Sequence record: DRR723986_16079
Strand: one strand, 5' to 3'
Length of the DNA stretch: 37,521 nt
Shown piece after piece: positions 8,150 to 17,467 of this stretch; within the stretch, counting starts at the first letter, position 1; every line of letters starts with the position of its first letter. The position numbers and the translations under genes were made by a program. The notes beneath the pieces were generated by a model that was not told the DNA's origin, did not search any database, and saw only the letters and a list, made by a program, of their open reading frames with translations.

Positions 8150-8611
8150 TTAAAACTTTACAATATCTCGAATAATCTTAAGATGATGTTTCGTATGTAA
8201 CTTTAAAAACCACTTTGTATTTTTTTTATTAAGTCCACCAAAAATCGGATGTTTGAAATATACATTCGATTCAAGTTGGTCAAACTTTACAAGTAGTTCT
8301 TTACATTGTTCTAAGCGAATTAGTAGGTGATCTCTGTCAATATTTTCAGTTGGTAAAACAGCTTCTGGTGCCCTACCTAATCCCCGAGGAATGTATCCTA
8401 TCAACTTTATTTTGGTTCTGTTTTTATTCCGTTTATATCGATATTCAGTTGGATCTGATTTTGCTATAGATTTACAAACGGTAGATATGACCCTCAAACT
8501 GTGGTCTATATGCCATGCTACAGAAGTATTAGATACCTCAGGAACGAGTTTTTCTTCAAATTCAAGGTGTTGCTTTAATTCTGCAATTTCTTTATTTAAT
8601 GTGTAGTTCAT
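8150..8611 (-). CDS. DinB/DUF1569-family protein
   Basis: SVAWHIDHSL, FKHPIFG and LHTKHH metal-triad motifs. ATG at 8611 is preferred over TTG at 8650. Confidence 0.82.
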   Translation of the reverse strand: MNYTLNKEIAELKQHLEFEEKLVPEVSNTSVAWHIDHSLRVISTVCKSIAKSDPTEYRYKRNKNRTKIKLIGYIPRGLGRAPEAVLPTENIDRDHLLIRLEQCKELLVKFDQLESNVYFKHPIFGGLNKKNTKWFLKLHTKHHLKIIRDIVKF

Positions 8612-8700
8612 TGTTTTAAAGAAACACAAAATTTTGGTAATTGTTTGCAACTCGTATTAAGTATGAGAATTGATATGTGTTCGAATGAAAGTTTCTATAC

Positions 8701-8730
8701 AAAAAAAAACCAGCCCTAACGGACTGGTTT
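8701..8730 (-). terminator. Intrinsic terminator downstream of tRNA-His
   Basis: Minus strand AAACCAGTCC-GTTA-GGGCTGGTTT followed by a T-run. Confidence 0.85.
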
Positions 8731-8741
8731 CATTTTAGATG

Positions 8742-8816
8742 GGTGGATGATGGGATTCGAACCCACGACCCTTGGTACCACAAACCAATGCTCTAACCAA
8801 CTGAGCTACAACCACC
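8742..8816 (-). tRNA. tRNA-His (GTG)
   Basis: GGTGGTTGTAGCTCAGTTGGTTAGAGCATTGGTTTGTGGTACCAAGGGTCGTGGGTTCGAATCCCATCATCCACC folds as a cloverleaf with anticodon arm TTGGT-TTGTGGT-ACCAA, T-loop GGTTCGAATCC and the G-1:C73 His identity pair. CCA is not fully encoded. Confidence 0.96.
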
Positions 8817-8849
8817 ATACTTTGTACTTTCGCCGGAGTAGGCTCAGTT

Positions 8850-8888
8850 CTGAGCCCTGCCTGCCGGCAGGCAGGTACAACCACCATA
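8850..8888 (-). repeat. Duplicate of the tRNA-His 5' end, interrupted by a palindrome
   Basis: CTGAGC (8850-8855) + TACAACCACCATA (8876-8888) together equal 8801-8819 exactly. Confidence 0.85.
8856..8875. repeat. 20-bp perfect palindrome CCTGCCTGCCGGCAGGCAGG (REP-like element)
   Basis: Perfect, very GC-rich palindrome in an AT-rich context. From recall, it is a dispersed repeat in Bacteroidota genomes (translates as 'CLPAGR'). Confidence 0.85.
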
Positions 8889-8919
8889 AAAAATGCGCCT
8901 CACGTTCAAGACGCGGGCG

Positions 8920-8927
8920 CAAATATA
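8920..8927 (-). promoter_or_regulatory. -7 promoter box for tRNA-His
   Basis: TATATTTG is a perfect TAnnTTTG match, followed by a GC-rich tract as in stable-RNA promoters. Confidence 0.7.
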
Positions 8928-8953
8928 AAAGATTTTTTCTGAACAAAAACTAT

Positions 8954-11900
8954 CTATCGTTTAGATTTTTTAAAACTTATTTTTCCAAATAATTTTTCTA
9001 AACCATCCAATAACTTTTTCAAGGCGTCAAAATACAGGGTTATGATGAGGATTATACTCATTAACCATATAACAGCAATGTTCGCCCAATAAGTTGGAAC
9101 ATAAATCCCTAGCATTTGAATTTTCTTTCTAGGCGCATAAAAATGTGCATTCCAGAAGTTCTTATCATATGGGTCAAGATAAATTGGATCTGATTTTTGA
9201 ACTAGGTATCCGTTAGCCTCAATCAATTTAGTTAAATCAGTTTTATTTGTTGTAAATTGCTCTAAGGCTTCATTTGTTGTATTATCAACTAGCTCTAGAT
9301 ATTTCTCCTTACCGTATTTTTCAATGATTTCAGAATTTTTAGAATCAATTCGTCTTCTATTGGTGTCTACAATTGATTTGTAGTGCGTTTTAAGTATTGT
9401 GAAATACGTTTTTGCATTGTTGTAAGTCTGATCAGTGTACGCTTCAGGAGTTAGTGTTGCAACACAGTTTTCACATTTTAAGTTTTGAATGAATTGTTCT
9501 TCGCGTTCAATCTCATTTCTCAAAACAGTTAATGCTAATTCAGATTCAGTTTTCTTTTCAGGGTTATCTAAGTTCGTTTTAACATAATCCAATTTGGCAT
9601 TCAACTCTTGCAACCAATAATCTTTTTTCCAAGTCGCAAAACTCTTATTCTTCTCATATTCAAAGTAGATGGCACTGTATTCGTTGCCCTGGAATTGTTC
9701 AACAGCTAAGGCTTCATAGGCCCATCTAGATGCCATGACATTTCCAATTAGCGGCACGGCGCTTTCGTCACCAAACAAAGGATTCAGTTTGTCAAACTTT
9801 ACGATTACACCACTAAATAAAAGCTGTGGAATAATCAAAATCGGGATCAAAATGTATATTACTTTAACTGAATTAAAGCTGGCCGAAATGTTCAATCCAA
9901 GTAAATTAGCGAAGCATGATAGCGAGAACAGTATAATCCAATATTGCCACCACATCCCTTGAATCTCTAAAATCCAGTTTCCAATTACGACAAAAAACAG
10001 CATTTGAACAGCCGATATAATGAACATAATAGAAATCTTAGAAACCAGATAGGAGCCCTTGCTCAAATTCAAAAATGATTCTCTTTTTAATATTTTCTGA
10101 TCCTTAATAATTTCTTCGGCTGCTACCGTTAAACCAATAAACAAGGCTACAATTACTGAAATAAATAAGAATTGAGGAATGTTTTGATTTGACTTGAAAG
10201 TATATTCAGCACCTTCACCTAAATTGTAAAACTTCACAAAGAATGCCAAGATAAAGGCTAGAGCAGGAGCCTCTAATAAGTTGATCATCATGTATTGTCT
10301 GTTCGTTAATTTAGACAATACATCTCTCACGAAATACACTTTTAGTTGCTTGAAGAATCCAGGCTTTTTAAAGGTGCTTTCAGGAATTTCGTGCGCATCT
10401 TCAATCTCACTAGGTTTCGGCTCAAGATTTTCTAAATAGCTTTCATTCCATTCTTTAGGACTGATTTTTCTATGTTGTGTTTGATTACCGTATTCATCAA
10501 CGACCTTTGATTCAATGATGTTGAATATCTGCTCAGGGTTTACGTTACCACAAGTTGGACATTCACTTTCATCACTTTTAGCATGATTAATGCATTCTTT
10601 GAAATACATTACACCATCAACAGGATTACCGTTGTAAATAGGGAATCCACCAACATCCAATATTAATAGTTTATCAAACATCTTGAAGATGTCCGAAGAT
10701 GGTTGGTGAATAACCACAAATATCAATTTACCCTTTAAAGCTAATTCCTTTAAAAGGTCCATAATGTTTTCTGAATCTCTTGAAGATAAACCTGAGGTAG
10801 GCTCATCAACAAATAAAACAGATGGTTCTCTAATTAACTCGAGCGCAATATTCAAACGCTTTCTCTGACCACCTGAGATCGTTTTCTCTAGTGGAGATCC
10901 AACTTTTAAGTCTTTAGTCTCATATAAACCTAAAGAAGTTAGAGTCTTCAATACACGTTTAGCAATGAGCTTGTCATCCATCCCGCCAAAACATAGTTTG
11001 GCATTGTAGAATAGATTTTGAAATACTGTAAGCTCTTCAATTAACAAGTCGTCTTGCGATACATATCCAATAACTCCTTCAATCTGATTTTTGTTATGGT
11101 GGATATCAACATTGTTAATCGTTACCTTACCTTCGGCAGGTGTGTAATTTCCGTTGAGTACATTTAAGAGTGTAGATTTTCCTGCACCCGAACCTCCCAT
11201 GATCCCTAATAGAGAACCAGATTCTTCGGCAAAATTGAAATCGTGTAATCCAATTTTTCCACCTTTAAATTTGTAAACAACGTTCTCGGTTTTAAAGACA
11301 ATTTTCGCCTGAGTTTGATCAGATAAAAATTTTCCGATTATGTCTGAATAATATATCGGTTTAACCTTTGAAGACCTTACTGAACTACCTTGGTTCAATA
11401 TAACGTGTCTTCCTTTTAACAAGGGTTGACCATTTAAGTTGAGTTCCGCATCTCCCAAATATTTGAAGAAGTGGAAGTTTACACTCATTATTTTTAATAC
11501 CCTGATTTGCCCATCTATCCCTTCAGAATAAATGTGCTTAGCTTCTTTGAATGATTCGGTTTCATTCGCCGTAACGTAAAGCATTTCAGGTCTGTCAAGA
11601 ACTTTAGAAATTGGAGATTCAACAAATTCTTTGATTTGATTGTATTCGTCCATTGATACATTAAATGTATCGGCTACTGTTTGTGCGAATTCAAGCTCTT
11701 GTTCGTCTACAACCTCATTTGCATTAATAAATTCAAGGATTCGAACGAGTACAATGATTTTTTGACGTTGAGCCAATTCTTCATTGATTTGAGTACAAAT
11801 TCTTAAAACTTTAACAGAGTGTACAGAAGTTTTCTTTCTTTTTCCGTCTTTCTTTTTGGAGCTCCCTTGAAAGGTTATTAAAAACTCATCAAAGATGGCC

Positions 11901-12064
11901 AAATACTCTTGTACAGCAGCTGAACCTAATTCTTGATTTAAGAAAGATTCAACAATTTTTCGACCCTCACCAGAAGTGACCGGGTTTTGGCTATCAATTT
12001 CTTCATCAACTCTTGCAATAATTGCAAAGAGCTGCATTAAGGCTTTTAATATTCTTTCACTCAT
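8954..12064 (-). CDS. ABCG-like fused ABC transporter (TerB-like N-domain, FHA-like region, NBD, ABC-2 membrane domain)
   Basis: Walker A GGSGAGKST, Q-loop YVSQDD, signature ISGGQ, Walker B LFVDEPTSGL, H-loop IHQP, then multiple TM helices. The N-terminus has a TerB-like pattern (FAIIARVD ... LEFINANEVVDEQELEF). Confidence 0.85.
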   Translation of the reverse strand: MSERILKALMQLFAIIARVDEEIDSQNPVTSGEGRKIVESFLNQELGSAAVQEYLAIFDEFLITFQGSSKKKDGKRKKTSVHSVKVLRICTQINEELAQRQKIIVLVRILEFINANEVVDEQELEFAQTVADTFNVSMDEYNQIKEFVESPISKVLDRPEMLYVTANETESFKEAKHIYSEGIDGQIRVLKIMSVNFHFFKYLGDAELNLNGQPLLKGRHVILNQGSSVRSSKVKPIYYSDIIGKFLSDQTQAKIVFKTENVVYKFKGGKIGLHDFNFAEESGSLLGIMGGSGAGKSTLLNVLNGNYTPAEGKVTINNVDIHHNKNQIEGVIGYVSQDDLLIEELTVFQNLFYNAKLCFGGMDDKLIAKRVLKTLTSLGLYETKDLKVGSPLEKTISGGQRKRLNIALELIREPSVLFVDEPTSGLSSRDSENIMDLLKELALKGKLIFVVIHQPSSDIFKMFDKLLILDVGGFPIYNGNPVDGVMYFKECINHAKSDESECPTCGNVNPEQIFNIIESKVVDEYGNQTQHRKISPKEWNESYLENLEPKPSEIEDAHEIPESTFKKPGFFKQLKVYFVRDVLSKLTNRQYMMINLLEAPALAFILAFFVKFYNLGEGAEYTFKSNQNIPQFLFISVIVALFIGLTVAAEEIIKDQKILKRESFLNLSKGSYLVSKISIMFIISAVQMLFFVVIGNWILEIQGMWWQYWIILFSLSCFANLLGLNISASFNSVKVIYILIPILIIPQLLFSGVIVKFDKLNPLFGDESAVPLIGNVMASRWAYEALAVEQFQGNEYSAIYFEYEKNKSFATWKKDYWLQELNAKLDYVKTNLDNPEKKTESELALTVLRNEIEREEQFIQNLKCENCVATLTPEAYTDQTYNNAKTYFTILKTHYKSIVDTNRRRIDSKNSEIIEKYGKEKYLELVDNTTNEALEQFTTNKTDLTKLIEANGYLVQKSDPIYLDPYDKNFWNAHFYAPRKKIQMLGIYVPTYWANIAVIWLMSIILIITLYFDALKKLLDGLEKLFGKISFKKSKR

Positions 12065-12085
12065 TTAATAGAGATATATCTAAAA

Positions 12086-12517
12086 TTACTTGTTGAACCC
12101 AATCAATACGACTAAGCACCCAGAGACTTTCTTATCTATATCTAAATAAGCCTCAACGTAACAATCTAATGTGTTGTCAATTTTAAAATCCCAATAAGGA
12201 TGATTTTTATGATCTGCATTTGAAAAAAGTAGATTTCTGTCCTGATCATAAACATTGAAAATCACATAATCATCTTTTGTTCCTGCAGTAGTGGCAATTC
12301 TATATAAAGATCCCCCGTATAAGGTTACTTTGAATTCTGCTGACTGCTCAGCATCAACGAAAGCCTTATAAACTTGTCCGTCAGAAATAAATACTTTTCC
12401 TGATTTTGAGTCTTGGCTAAGGTATTTGTAACATACGTTTACGAGCGAATCACACTCTTGGCTAAAAGAACCGAAAGAGAAGAATCCTGCAATAAGTATT
12501 AGCAATAATTTTTTCAT
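12086..12517 (-). CDS. Small secreted protein of unknown function (beta-sandwich-like)
   Basis: Signal peptide SFS-QEC, four Cys and FISDGQVY motif; 4 bp from the upstream gene. Confidence 0.7.
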   Translation of the reverse strand: MKKLLLILIAGFFSFGSFSQECDSLVNVCYKYLSQDSKSGKVFISDGQVYKAFVDAEQSAEFKVTLYGGSLYRIATTAGTKDDYVIFNVYDQDRNLLFSNADHKNHPYWDFKIDNTLDCYVEAYLDIDKKVSGCLVVLIGFNK

Positions 12518-12521
12518 AATT

Positions 12522-13436
12522 CTATGCGATTAATCCGTTTCTGATTTTTTTAACTTTTTCAATAATATTGTTCAATACGTCACCTTCCATTTTTACAGAT
12601 GACTTACTTTTAATGGTAGTTTGGTGCTTTGCTGCATCATGAATCGGTTCAACATAAGTGTAGTTAAACTCGATCAAGTTAAAATCAGCTTGTAAGTCTT
12701 TTAAATCAGCAATTAAATTACTGTAAAATTCGTCTTGGTTATAATCTTCTAAAAGTGAAACGATTGTTTTTAAAGCAGTTTTTTGCTCTCCTATTCTGTT
12801 TGCTACTTCCTGCGATCCAGACTCTTCATAGCTCACTGCTGCAAAATACAATGATTCAATCCATCCACCAGTTAAAATCAATGTGGCCACGTCATGTTCC
12901 TCATTGTCTTTTAAGAACTTATCACCTTCACGATATCCTTCAGACATAATTACCAACATAGAGTCTTGGTCATTTCCATTTTCAATAAATCTTTCTAATA
13001 GATCTTGATCAAATGCTCCGGCAATTCCCAATTCATCTGAAAGTTTTTCTACTGATGACAAATAAGAAACAGCTTTAGTATTATTCTCGTAAATAGTTGC
13101 ATAACCTAAGTCTGCACCATAAACCCCCATGTTTATTGCTCTTTTAAACTTTGTGGTGAAATTTGCCACTCCTTCAGGATCTGTCAACAATTCTTCATTA
13201 AAAGTTGAGACATTATCTTTAATCATTGTTGCCATTTGAATGGGAGAGGGGATACTAAACATCTTCCCATTAATAGAGGTGTTTAAAGATGAGGCAGAAT
13301 CAAGAACGTTGTCTTGAACAACAATAATTTCGCTGTCATTACCATCTTCACTATCGACTTCGATACCCTCACCTCCGCACGAAACCATGAGCATGGACGC
13401 GAAAAGAAGGTAAAAAGATTTAAGCATTAATTTCAT
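12522..13436 (-). CDS. Conserved alpha-helical lipoprotein of unknown function
   Basis: Lipobox MVSC, acidic linker, SIPSP, MGVYGADLGY, GGWIESLY and RIGEQK motifs. Confidence 0.75.
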   Translation of the reverse strand: MKLMLKSFYLLFASMLMVSCGGEGIEVDSEDGNDSEIIVVQDNVLDSASSLNTSINGKMFSIPSPIQMATMIKDNVSTFNEELLTDPEGVANFTTKFKRAINMGVYGADLGYATIYENNTKAVSYLSSVEKLSDELGIAGAFDQDLLERFIENGNDQDSMLVIMSEGYREGDKFLKDNEEHDVATLILTGGWIESLYFAAVSYEESGSQEVANRIGEQKTALKTIVSLLEDYNQDEFYSNLIADLKDLQADFNLIEFNYTYVEPIHDAAKHQTTIKSKSSVKMEGDVLNNIIEKVKKIRNGLIA

Positions 13437-13454
13437 AGTAGTTTATTTTACCCT

Positions 13455-13462
13455 CAAAACTA
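13455..13462 (-). promoter_or_regulatory. -7 promoter box for the lipoprotein-ABC operon
   Basis: TAGTTTTG (TAnnTTTG) 18 nt upstream of the ATG. Confidence 0.55.
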
Positions 13463-13579
13463 AAAAAATTATTCAATTCAGCACCAGAAATGAGGGTCTA
13501 ATCGCAATTTAATTGAGACAGGTTTTAATTTCAATCAGTATTCACTGAAACTATCGTCAAGAAATTCAGTATTAATAGT

Positions 13580-13587
13580 TAATTTTG
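13580..13587 (+). promoter_or_regulatory. -7 promoter box for hemB
   Basis: TAATTTTG 16 nt upstream of the ATG. Confidence 0.55.
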
Positions 13588-13603
13588 AATTATATCGAGC
13601 TAA

Positions 13604-14581
13604 ATGCTAAATAGACCCAGACGAAATAGAAAACATCCAGCAATCAGACAAATGATTGAAGAAACGGTACTTAGACCTTCTAATCTAATTTACCCTTTAT
13701 TTGTTACTAATTCTGATGTAGAAAAAGAGGCAATTGATTCATTGCCAGATCTGTATCGTTGGAATTACAATGGTTTGTGCAGAGAAATTGAAGAGTCGAT
13801 TAATTTGGGATTAAGAACATTTGTTCTTTTTCCCGTTATTCCAGATGAATTTAAAGATAAAACCGCCACCTATTCTTATGCTGAATCTAATTTCTATTTA
13901 GATATTATTCATAAGCTTAAAACTGAATTTCCGGGAATTGTTTTGATGAGTGATGTTGCTATGGATCCATACAGTTCAGACGGTCATGATGGTTTTGTCC
14001 AAAACGGGAAAATTTTAAATGACAAAACACTTCCGATTTTAGGGAAAATGGCGGTGGCTCAGGCGCAAGCAGGGATTGACATTATCGGTCCTTCTGATAT
14101 GATGGATGGACGTGTAGCCTTTATTCGTGAACAGTTAGATATAAATGAGATGGATGAAGTTTCTATCATGTCTTATACGGCTAAGTATGCAAGCGCTTAC
14201 TATGGTCCGTTCAGAGATGCTTTAGATTCTGCGCCAAAAGCAGGTGATAAAAAAACGTATCAAATGAATCCTGCCAATAAAAAAGAGGCGCTGCGTGAAG
14301 CTGAATTGGATGAAATGGAAGGAGCCGACTTTTTGATGGTTAAGCCGGCATTATGTTATTTAGATGTAATTCATTCATTAAAAGAGCATTCAAGCTTGCC
14401 AATTGCAGCGTATAACGTAAGTGGTGAGTATGCTATGCTTAAAGCAGCCTGTCAAAATGGGTGGCTTGATTACAATACGGCTATGCCTGAAATGTTATTG
14501 AGCATGCGTAGAGCAGGAGCAGATAGTATTCTTACCTATTTTGCTAAAGATTATGCTCGACTACACAAGGATTTAAAATGA
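13604..14581 (+). CDS. hemB: Porphobilinogen synthase (delta-aminolevulinate dehydratase), Zn-independent type
   Basis: RPRRNR, PSDMMDGRV, AKYASAYYGPFRDA, MVKPA and AYNVSGEYAM motifs. The metal site is Asp-rich (DVAMDPYSSDGHDG) rather than Cys-rich. Confidence 0.97.
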   Translation: MLNRPRRNRKHPAIRQMIEETVLRPSNLIYPLFVTNSDVEKEAIDSLPDLYRWNYNGLCREIEESINLGLRTFVLFPVIPDEFKDKTATYSYAESNFYLDIIHKLKTEFPGIVLMSDVAMDPYSSDGHDGFVQNGKILNDKTLPILGKMAVAQAQAGIDIIGPSDMMDGRVAFIREQLDINEMDEVSIMSYTAKYASAYYGPFRDALDSAPKAGDKKTYQMNPANKKEALREAELDEMEGADFLMVKPALCYLDVIHSLKEHSSLPIAAYNVSGEYAMLKAACQNGWLDYNTAMPEMLLSMRRAGADSILTYFAKDYARLHKDLK

Positions 14582-15007
14582 TGTAAAGCTGATTTTGTCT
14601 TTCCATCCATCTAAAATCAACACGATTTCTTCTTGATGCTTATATTCTAAAGCTTTGATGTCAAATTTTAATTCTTCAGTTTTTAATTCTCTACAGTTGT
14701 CTCCATTATTATTGTGATACAACATTATTCCTCTTTGTGGTGGAAGAGATTTTGAGATCAGTCGAGATCCTATTAATGAAAACTCATGTTCTTCACAACC
14801 ACCACTATAAGAAACTCCCAATGTCATTACATTTTCATCAATTGAGACTGAAGTGATATCTGTTTTAGCGTTGTTCCTAAATTCTTCGAAGTCATCAACC
14901 AAGATTGCAGTTTTCGTGACAGCATCATCTTTTTTTTCTGATTTATCCTTGTTCCCGCAAGCTAATGTAAATGCTATAATGCTGATTATCAAGGTGATTT
15001 TTTTCAT
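14573..15007 (-). CDS. Lipoprotein of unknown function (NigD C-terminal-like)
   Basis: Lipobox TLAC; YSGGCEEHEF ... HNNNGDNC Cys pair. Confidence 0.65.
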   Translation of the reverse strand: MKKITLIISIIAFTLACGNKDKSEKKDDAVTKTAILVDDFEEFRNNAKTDITSVSIDENVMTLGVSYSGGCEEHEFSLIGSRLISKSLPPQRGIMLYHNNNGDNCRELKTEELKFDIKALEYKHQEEIVLILDGWKDKISFTSF

Positions 15008-15051
15008 GGTGTGTTTTTTTTAGTTGAGATAGTTCAAATTGCGTTCCAAAA

Positions 15052-16104
15052 TTAATTTTTTCTAGTTCTTACGAAAAGCAAAACAGCAATAAAAAATAAA
15101 AGTATGCCTCCGATAACTATAAACTGTATAGGGAAATTAACTAGTGGTTTCGCTTTGGGACTCATAGTTTCCGGAACCACATATTGAGTAGTATCATTCT
15201 TAGCGAACATGACTTTTTCTTTTAAAACGGCATAATCAAATCTCCAATATTCGATTCTAGGAAAATGTTTTCTAAAAACTGGGATTTTATATTTTTTCTC
15301 AGTGATTTTAGCTTTAACTGCTTTAATGTCTGCTAAAAGTTCCTTGTCCCATTTATTGTAATGTCGTCCCAAACTTAAAGCAATGTGCGCTTGGGTTAGC
15401 GAAAGGTGAAATTCAATAAACTGCCCCATTTCTCGACAAGTATTCGCAATAACGGCATCATCCTCATAAACATAGGCTATGATCAACTTTAATACGGCCT
15501 CCAAATTCTCCATTGGCCGAATTACACTTTGTTTAAATTCAGGTGAATCTTTGTCTAATAGATTTAGTGTTGAATCAAGTTCAAAATGCAGGACTTTATT
15601 CTTCTTATACCATTTCTCGGTTTTTGATTCTGCTTGTTTGGCTTTGAATATTTTTCTGAAGAAATAAATTTTTGAATATTCAAGTACCATTGGACTATCT
15701 CTTGTAATTAAATCAAGTCCTTTTGTGTATTCCTTGTTCAAGTAGGCAATCATTAATTGGTCATACCAGTACTCGGTTTCTTTTTTAAAACTGACATTTA
15801 GATGCTTGTAGTAATAACTTGAAAGCGCTATGTTTCCTGTCCTCAAAGATATTTGAGCGAAGTTCAGGCTGTCTTTACGTGACCATTCTTTTCTCGGTTT
15901 TGATTCTAATACATCCAAGTCTAGTTTGAGAGAGTCATTTGAAAATCCTCGTTTAAATTTTCCAAATTCAAAATATGGAGTGTACTCTGACCGATAAGGA
16001 GATTTGATGTATTTAACAGAATCTCTTTGACTGAACCCGACATTCTGAAACAGAATAATCAGGGTGATTATTAATATGGATCTAATGCGAAGCTGTGAAC
16101 ACAT
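15052..16104 (-). CDS. Hypothetical protein with signal peptide and C-terminal membrane anchor
   Basis: Long ORF with an N-terminal hydrophobic stretch and a C-terminal TM helix + RTRKN. Start moved to the ATG at 16104 to reduce overlap (uncertain). Confidence 0.6.
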   Translation of the reverse strand: MCSQLRIRSILIITLIILFQNVGFSQRDSVKYIKSPYRSEYTPYFEFGKFKRGFSNDSLKLDLDVLESKPRKEWSRKDSLNFAQISLRTGNIALSSYYYKHLNVSFKKETEYWYDQLMIAYLNKEYTKGLDLITRDSPMVLEYSKIYFFRKIFKAKQAESKTEKWYKKNKVLHFELDSTLNLLDKDSPEFKQSVIRPMENLEAVLKLIIAYVYEDDAVIANTCREMGQFIEFHLSLTQAHIALSLGRHYNKWDKELLADIKAVKAKITEKKYKIPVFRKHFPRIEYWRFDYAVLKEKVMFAKNDTTQYVVPETMSPKAKPLVNFPIQFIVIGGILLFFIAVLLFVRTRKN

Positions 16105-16750
16105 ATTGAATGATGTTTGCCCCCATTTGTAATGCTTCATCTCTTTTTGAGTTGGAATCTCCATGTACTTCTGTATCTTCCCAACCGTCCCCTAAATCTG
16201 ACTCATAGGTATAGAGGCAAACTAAGCGACCTTCATGCAATATTCCAAATGCCTGAGGTCGTCCACGATCATGTTCATGTATTTTGGGGAGACCTTTGTC
16301 AAAGTCATATTTTTGATGGAATATTGGGTGCGAATAGGGCAATTCAACCAATTCATTGTTCGGGAAAATTTTCTTTATTTCGGTTCTGACAAACTTGTCC
16401 ATTCCATAATTATCATCTATGTGAAGAAAACCGCCTCCAAGCATGTAGTTTCTTAAATTTTCCGCATCTTCATTCGAAAATACCACATTCCCATGACCAG
16501 TCATATGTACAAAGGGATAATTAAAAATTCCAGGATCTCCAGCGGCAACATGATCTACCGTTTCGGATATATTTGAACCTAAATTTTTATTGCAGTATTT
16601 CACAAGGTTAGGAACCGAAGTAGGGTTGGCATACCAATCTCCACCGCCACTGTATTTCAAAACAGCAACTTGATAACTTGCATTTTCTTGTGCAATCGCA
16701 GTTCCAACAAAGAAACTTGCTATTAATATTGTAAATATGCGGTATGACAT
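16082..16750 (-). CDS. DUF4159 domain protein
   Basis: KYSGGGDWYANPT, YPFVHMTGHG, GGFLHIDDNYG and DLGDGWED motifs. Confidence 0.9.
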   Translation of the reverse strand: MSYRIFTILIASFFVGTAIAQENASYQVAVLKYSGGGDWYANPTSVPNLVKYCNKNLGSNISETVDHVAAGDPGIFNYPFVHMTGHGNVVFSNEDAENLRNYMLGGGFLHIDDNYGMDKFVRTEIKKIFPNNELVELPYSHPIFHQKYDFDKGLPKIHEHDRGRPQAFGILHEGRLVCLYTYESDLGDGWEDTEVHGDSNSKRDEALQMGANIIQYVFTASH

Positions 16751-17433
16751 GCTATTATTCCAGCTGTTTCTGTTCTGAGCCTAGAATTTCCCAAGCTTAC
16801 AGGTGTAAAACCCTTTTCTTTTGCTAAGTTAATTTCTTCTTGTGTAAAATCTCCTTCTGGACCAATTAAAATTAGGATATCTTCATTTTTTTCTGTGAAA
16901 CAATCTTTAAAATTGACTTTGGCAGGGTCATTTTCACAATGCGCGATAAACTTTTTAGTTGCTCCAAATTCTTGAGTAATGAACTCCTTGAAATTTATTT
17001 GTTCAGTCAAGTCAGGAAGATATAAATTTCCCGACTGTTTTAACGCTGAAACAAGTGTTTTTACTCCCTTTTCAGCTTTAAATACTTTGCGCTCAGAATT
17101 TGATGTTTTTAAAGGAGTTATTGCTGACAGCCCCATTTCTGTGCATTTCTCTAGAAAAAAGTTAAATCTATCATTACTTTTAGTTGGTGCAATCGCAATA
17201 TGAAGCGGGATTTTGTTCGCTTCTTCTGCCATTTCTTGAATGGGTTTAAACGTCAAACTTTTTTTAGTGCTTTCAAGGATGGTTGCTGTTAACTTTCTTC
17301 CATTCCCGTTTATGACAGTTATTTGGTCTCCGACTTGCAGTCTTAGCACCCTCATAGCGTGACCAGCTTCAACCTCATCAAGCGTTCCCGAATCTAGATC
17401 TGGACAAAAAAAAGTGTGTTTAGACTTATTCAT
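16723..17433 (-). CDS. rsmE: 16S rRNA m3U1498 methyltransferase
   Basis: HAMRVLRL, EKCTEMG, ALKQS, LIGPEGDF and LGNSRLRTETA motifs. Confidence 0.95.
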   Translation of the reverse strand: MNKSKHTFFCPDLDSGTLDEVEAGHAMRVLRLQVGDQITVINGNGRKLTATILESTKKSLTFKPIQEMAEEANKIPLHIAIAPTKSNDRFNFFLEKCTEMGLSAITPLKTSNSERKVFKAEKGVKTLVSALKQSGNLYLPDLTEQINFKEFITQEFGATKKFIAHCENDPAKVNFKDCFTEKNEDILILIGPEGDFTQEEINLAKEKGFTPVSLGNSRLRTETAGIIACHTAYLQY

Positions 17434-17445
17434 CAATCAAAAATG

Positions 17446-17453
17446 TATTTTTG
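17446..17453 (+). promoter_or_regulatory. -7 promoter box for the GT4 / thioesterase / GT9 operon
   Basis: TATTTTTG 14 nt upstream of the ATG at 17468. Confidence 0.55.
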
Positions 17454-17467
17454 CTTAAAATTAGTAA

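Noticed and set aside
8801-8888. Repeat-spacer-repeat read as a mini CRISPR or an active prophage att site
   Set aside because: Only two copies, derived from the tRNA; no cas, integrase or phage genes in the window.
8747-8992. 81-aa + strand ORF (MMGFEPTT...)
   Set aside because: Antisense translation of tRNA-His and the palindrome; a classic artefact.
13535-13573. TCAGTATT direct repeat and small inverted repeat upstream of hemB
   Set aside because: An 8-bp AT-rich match could be chance; no supporting regulator.
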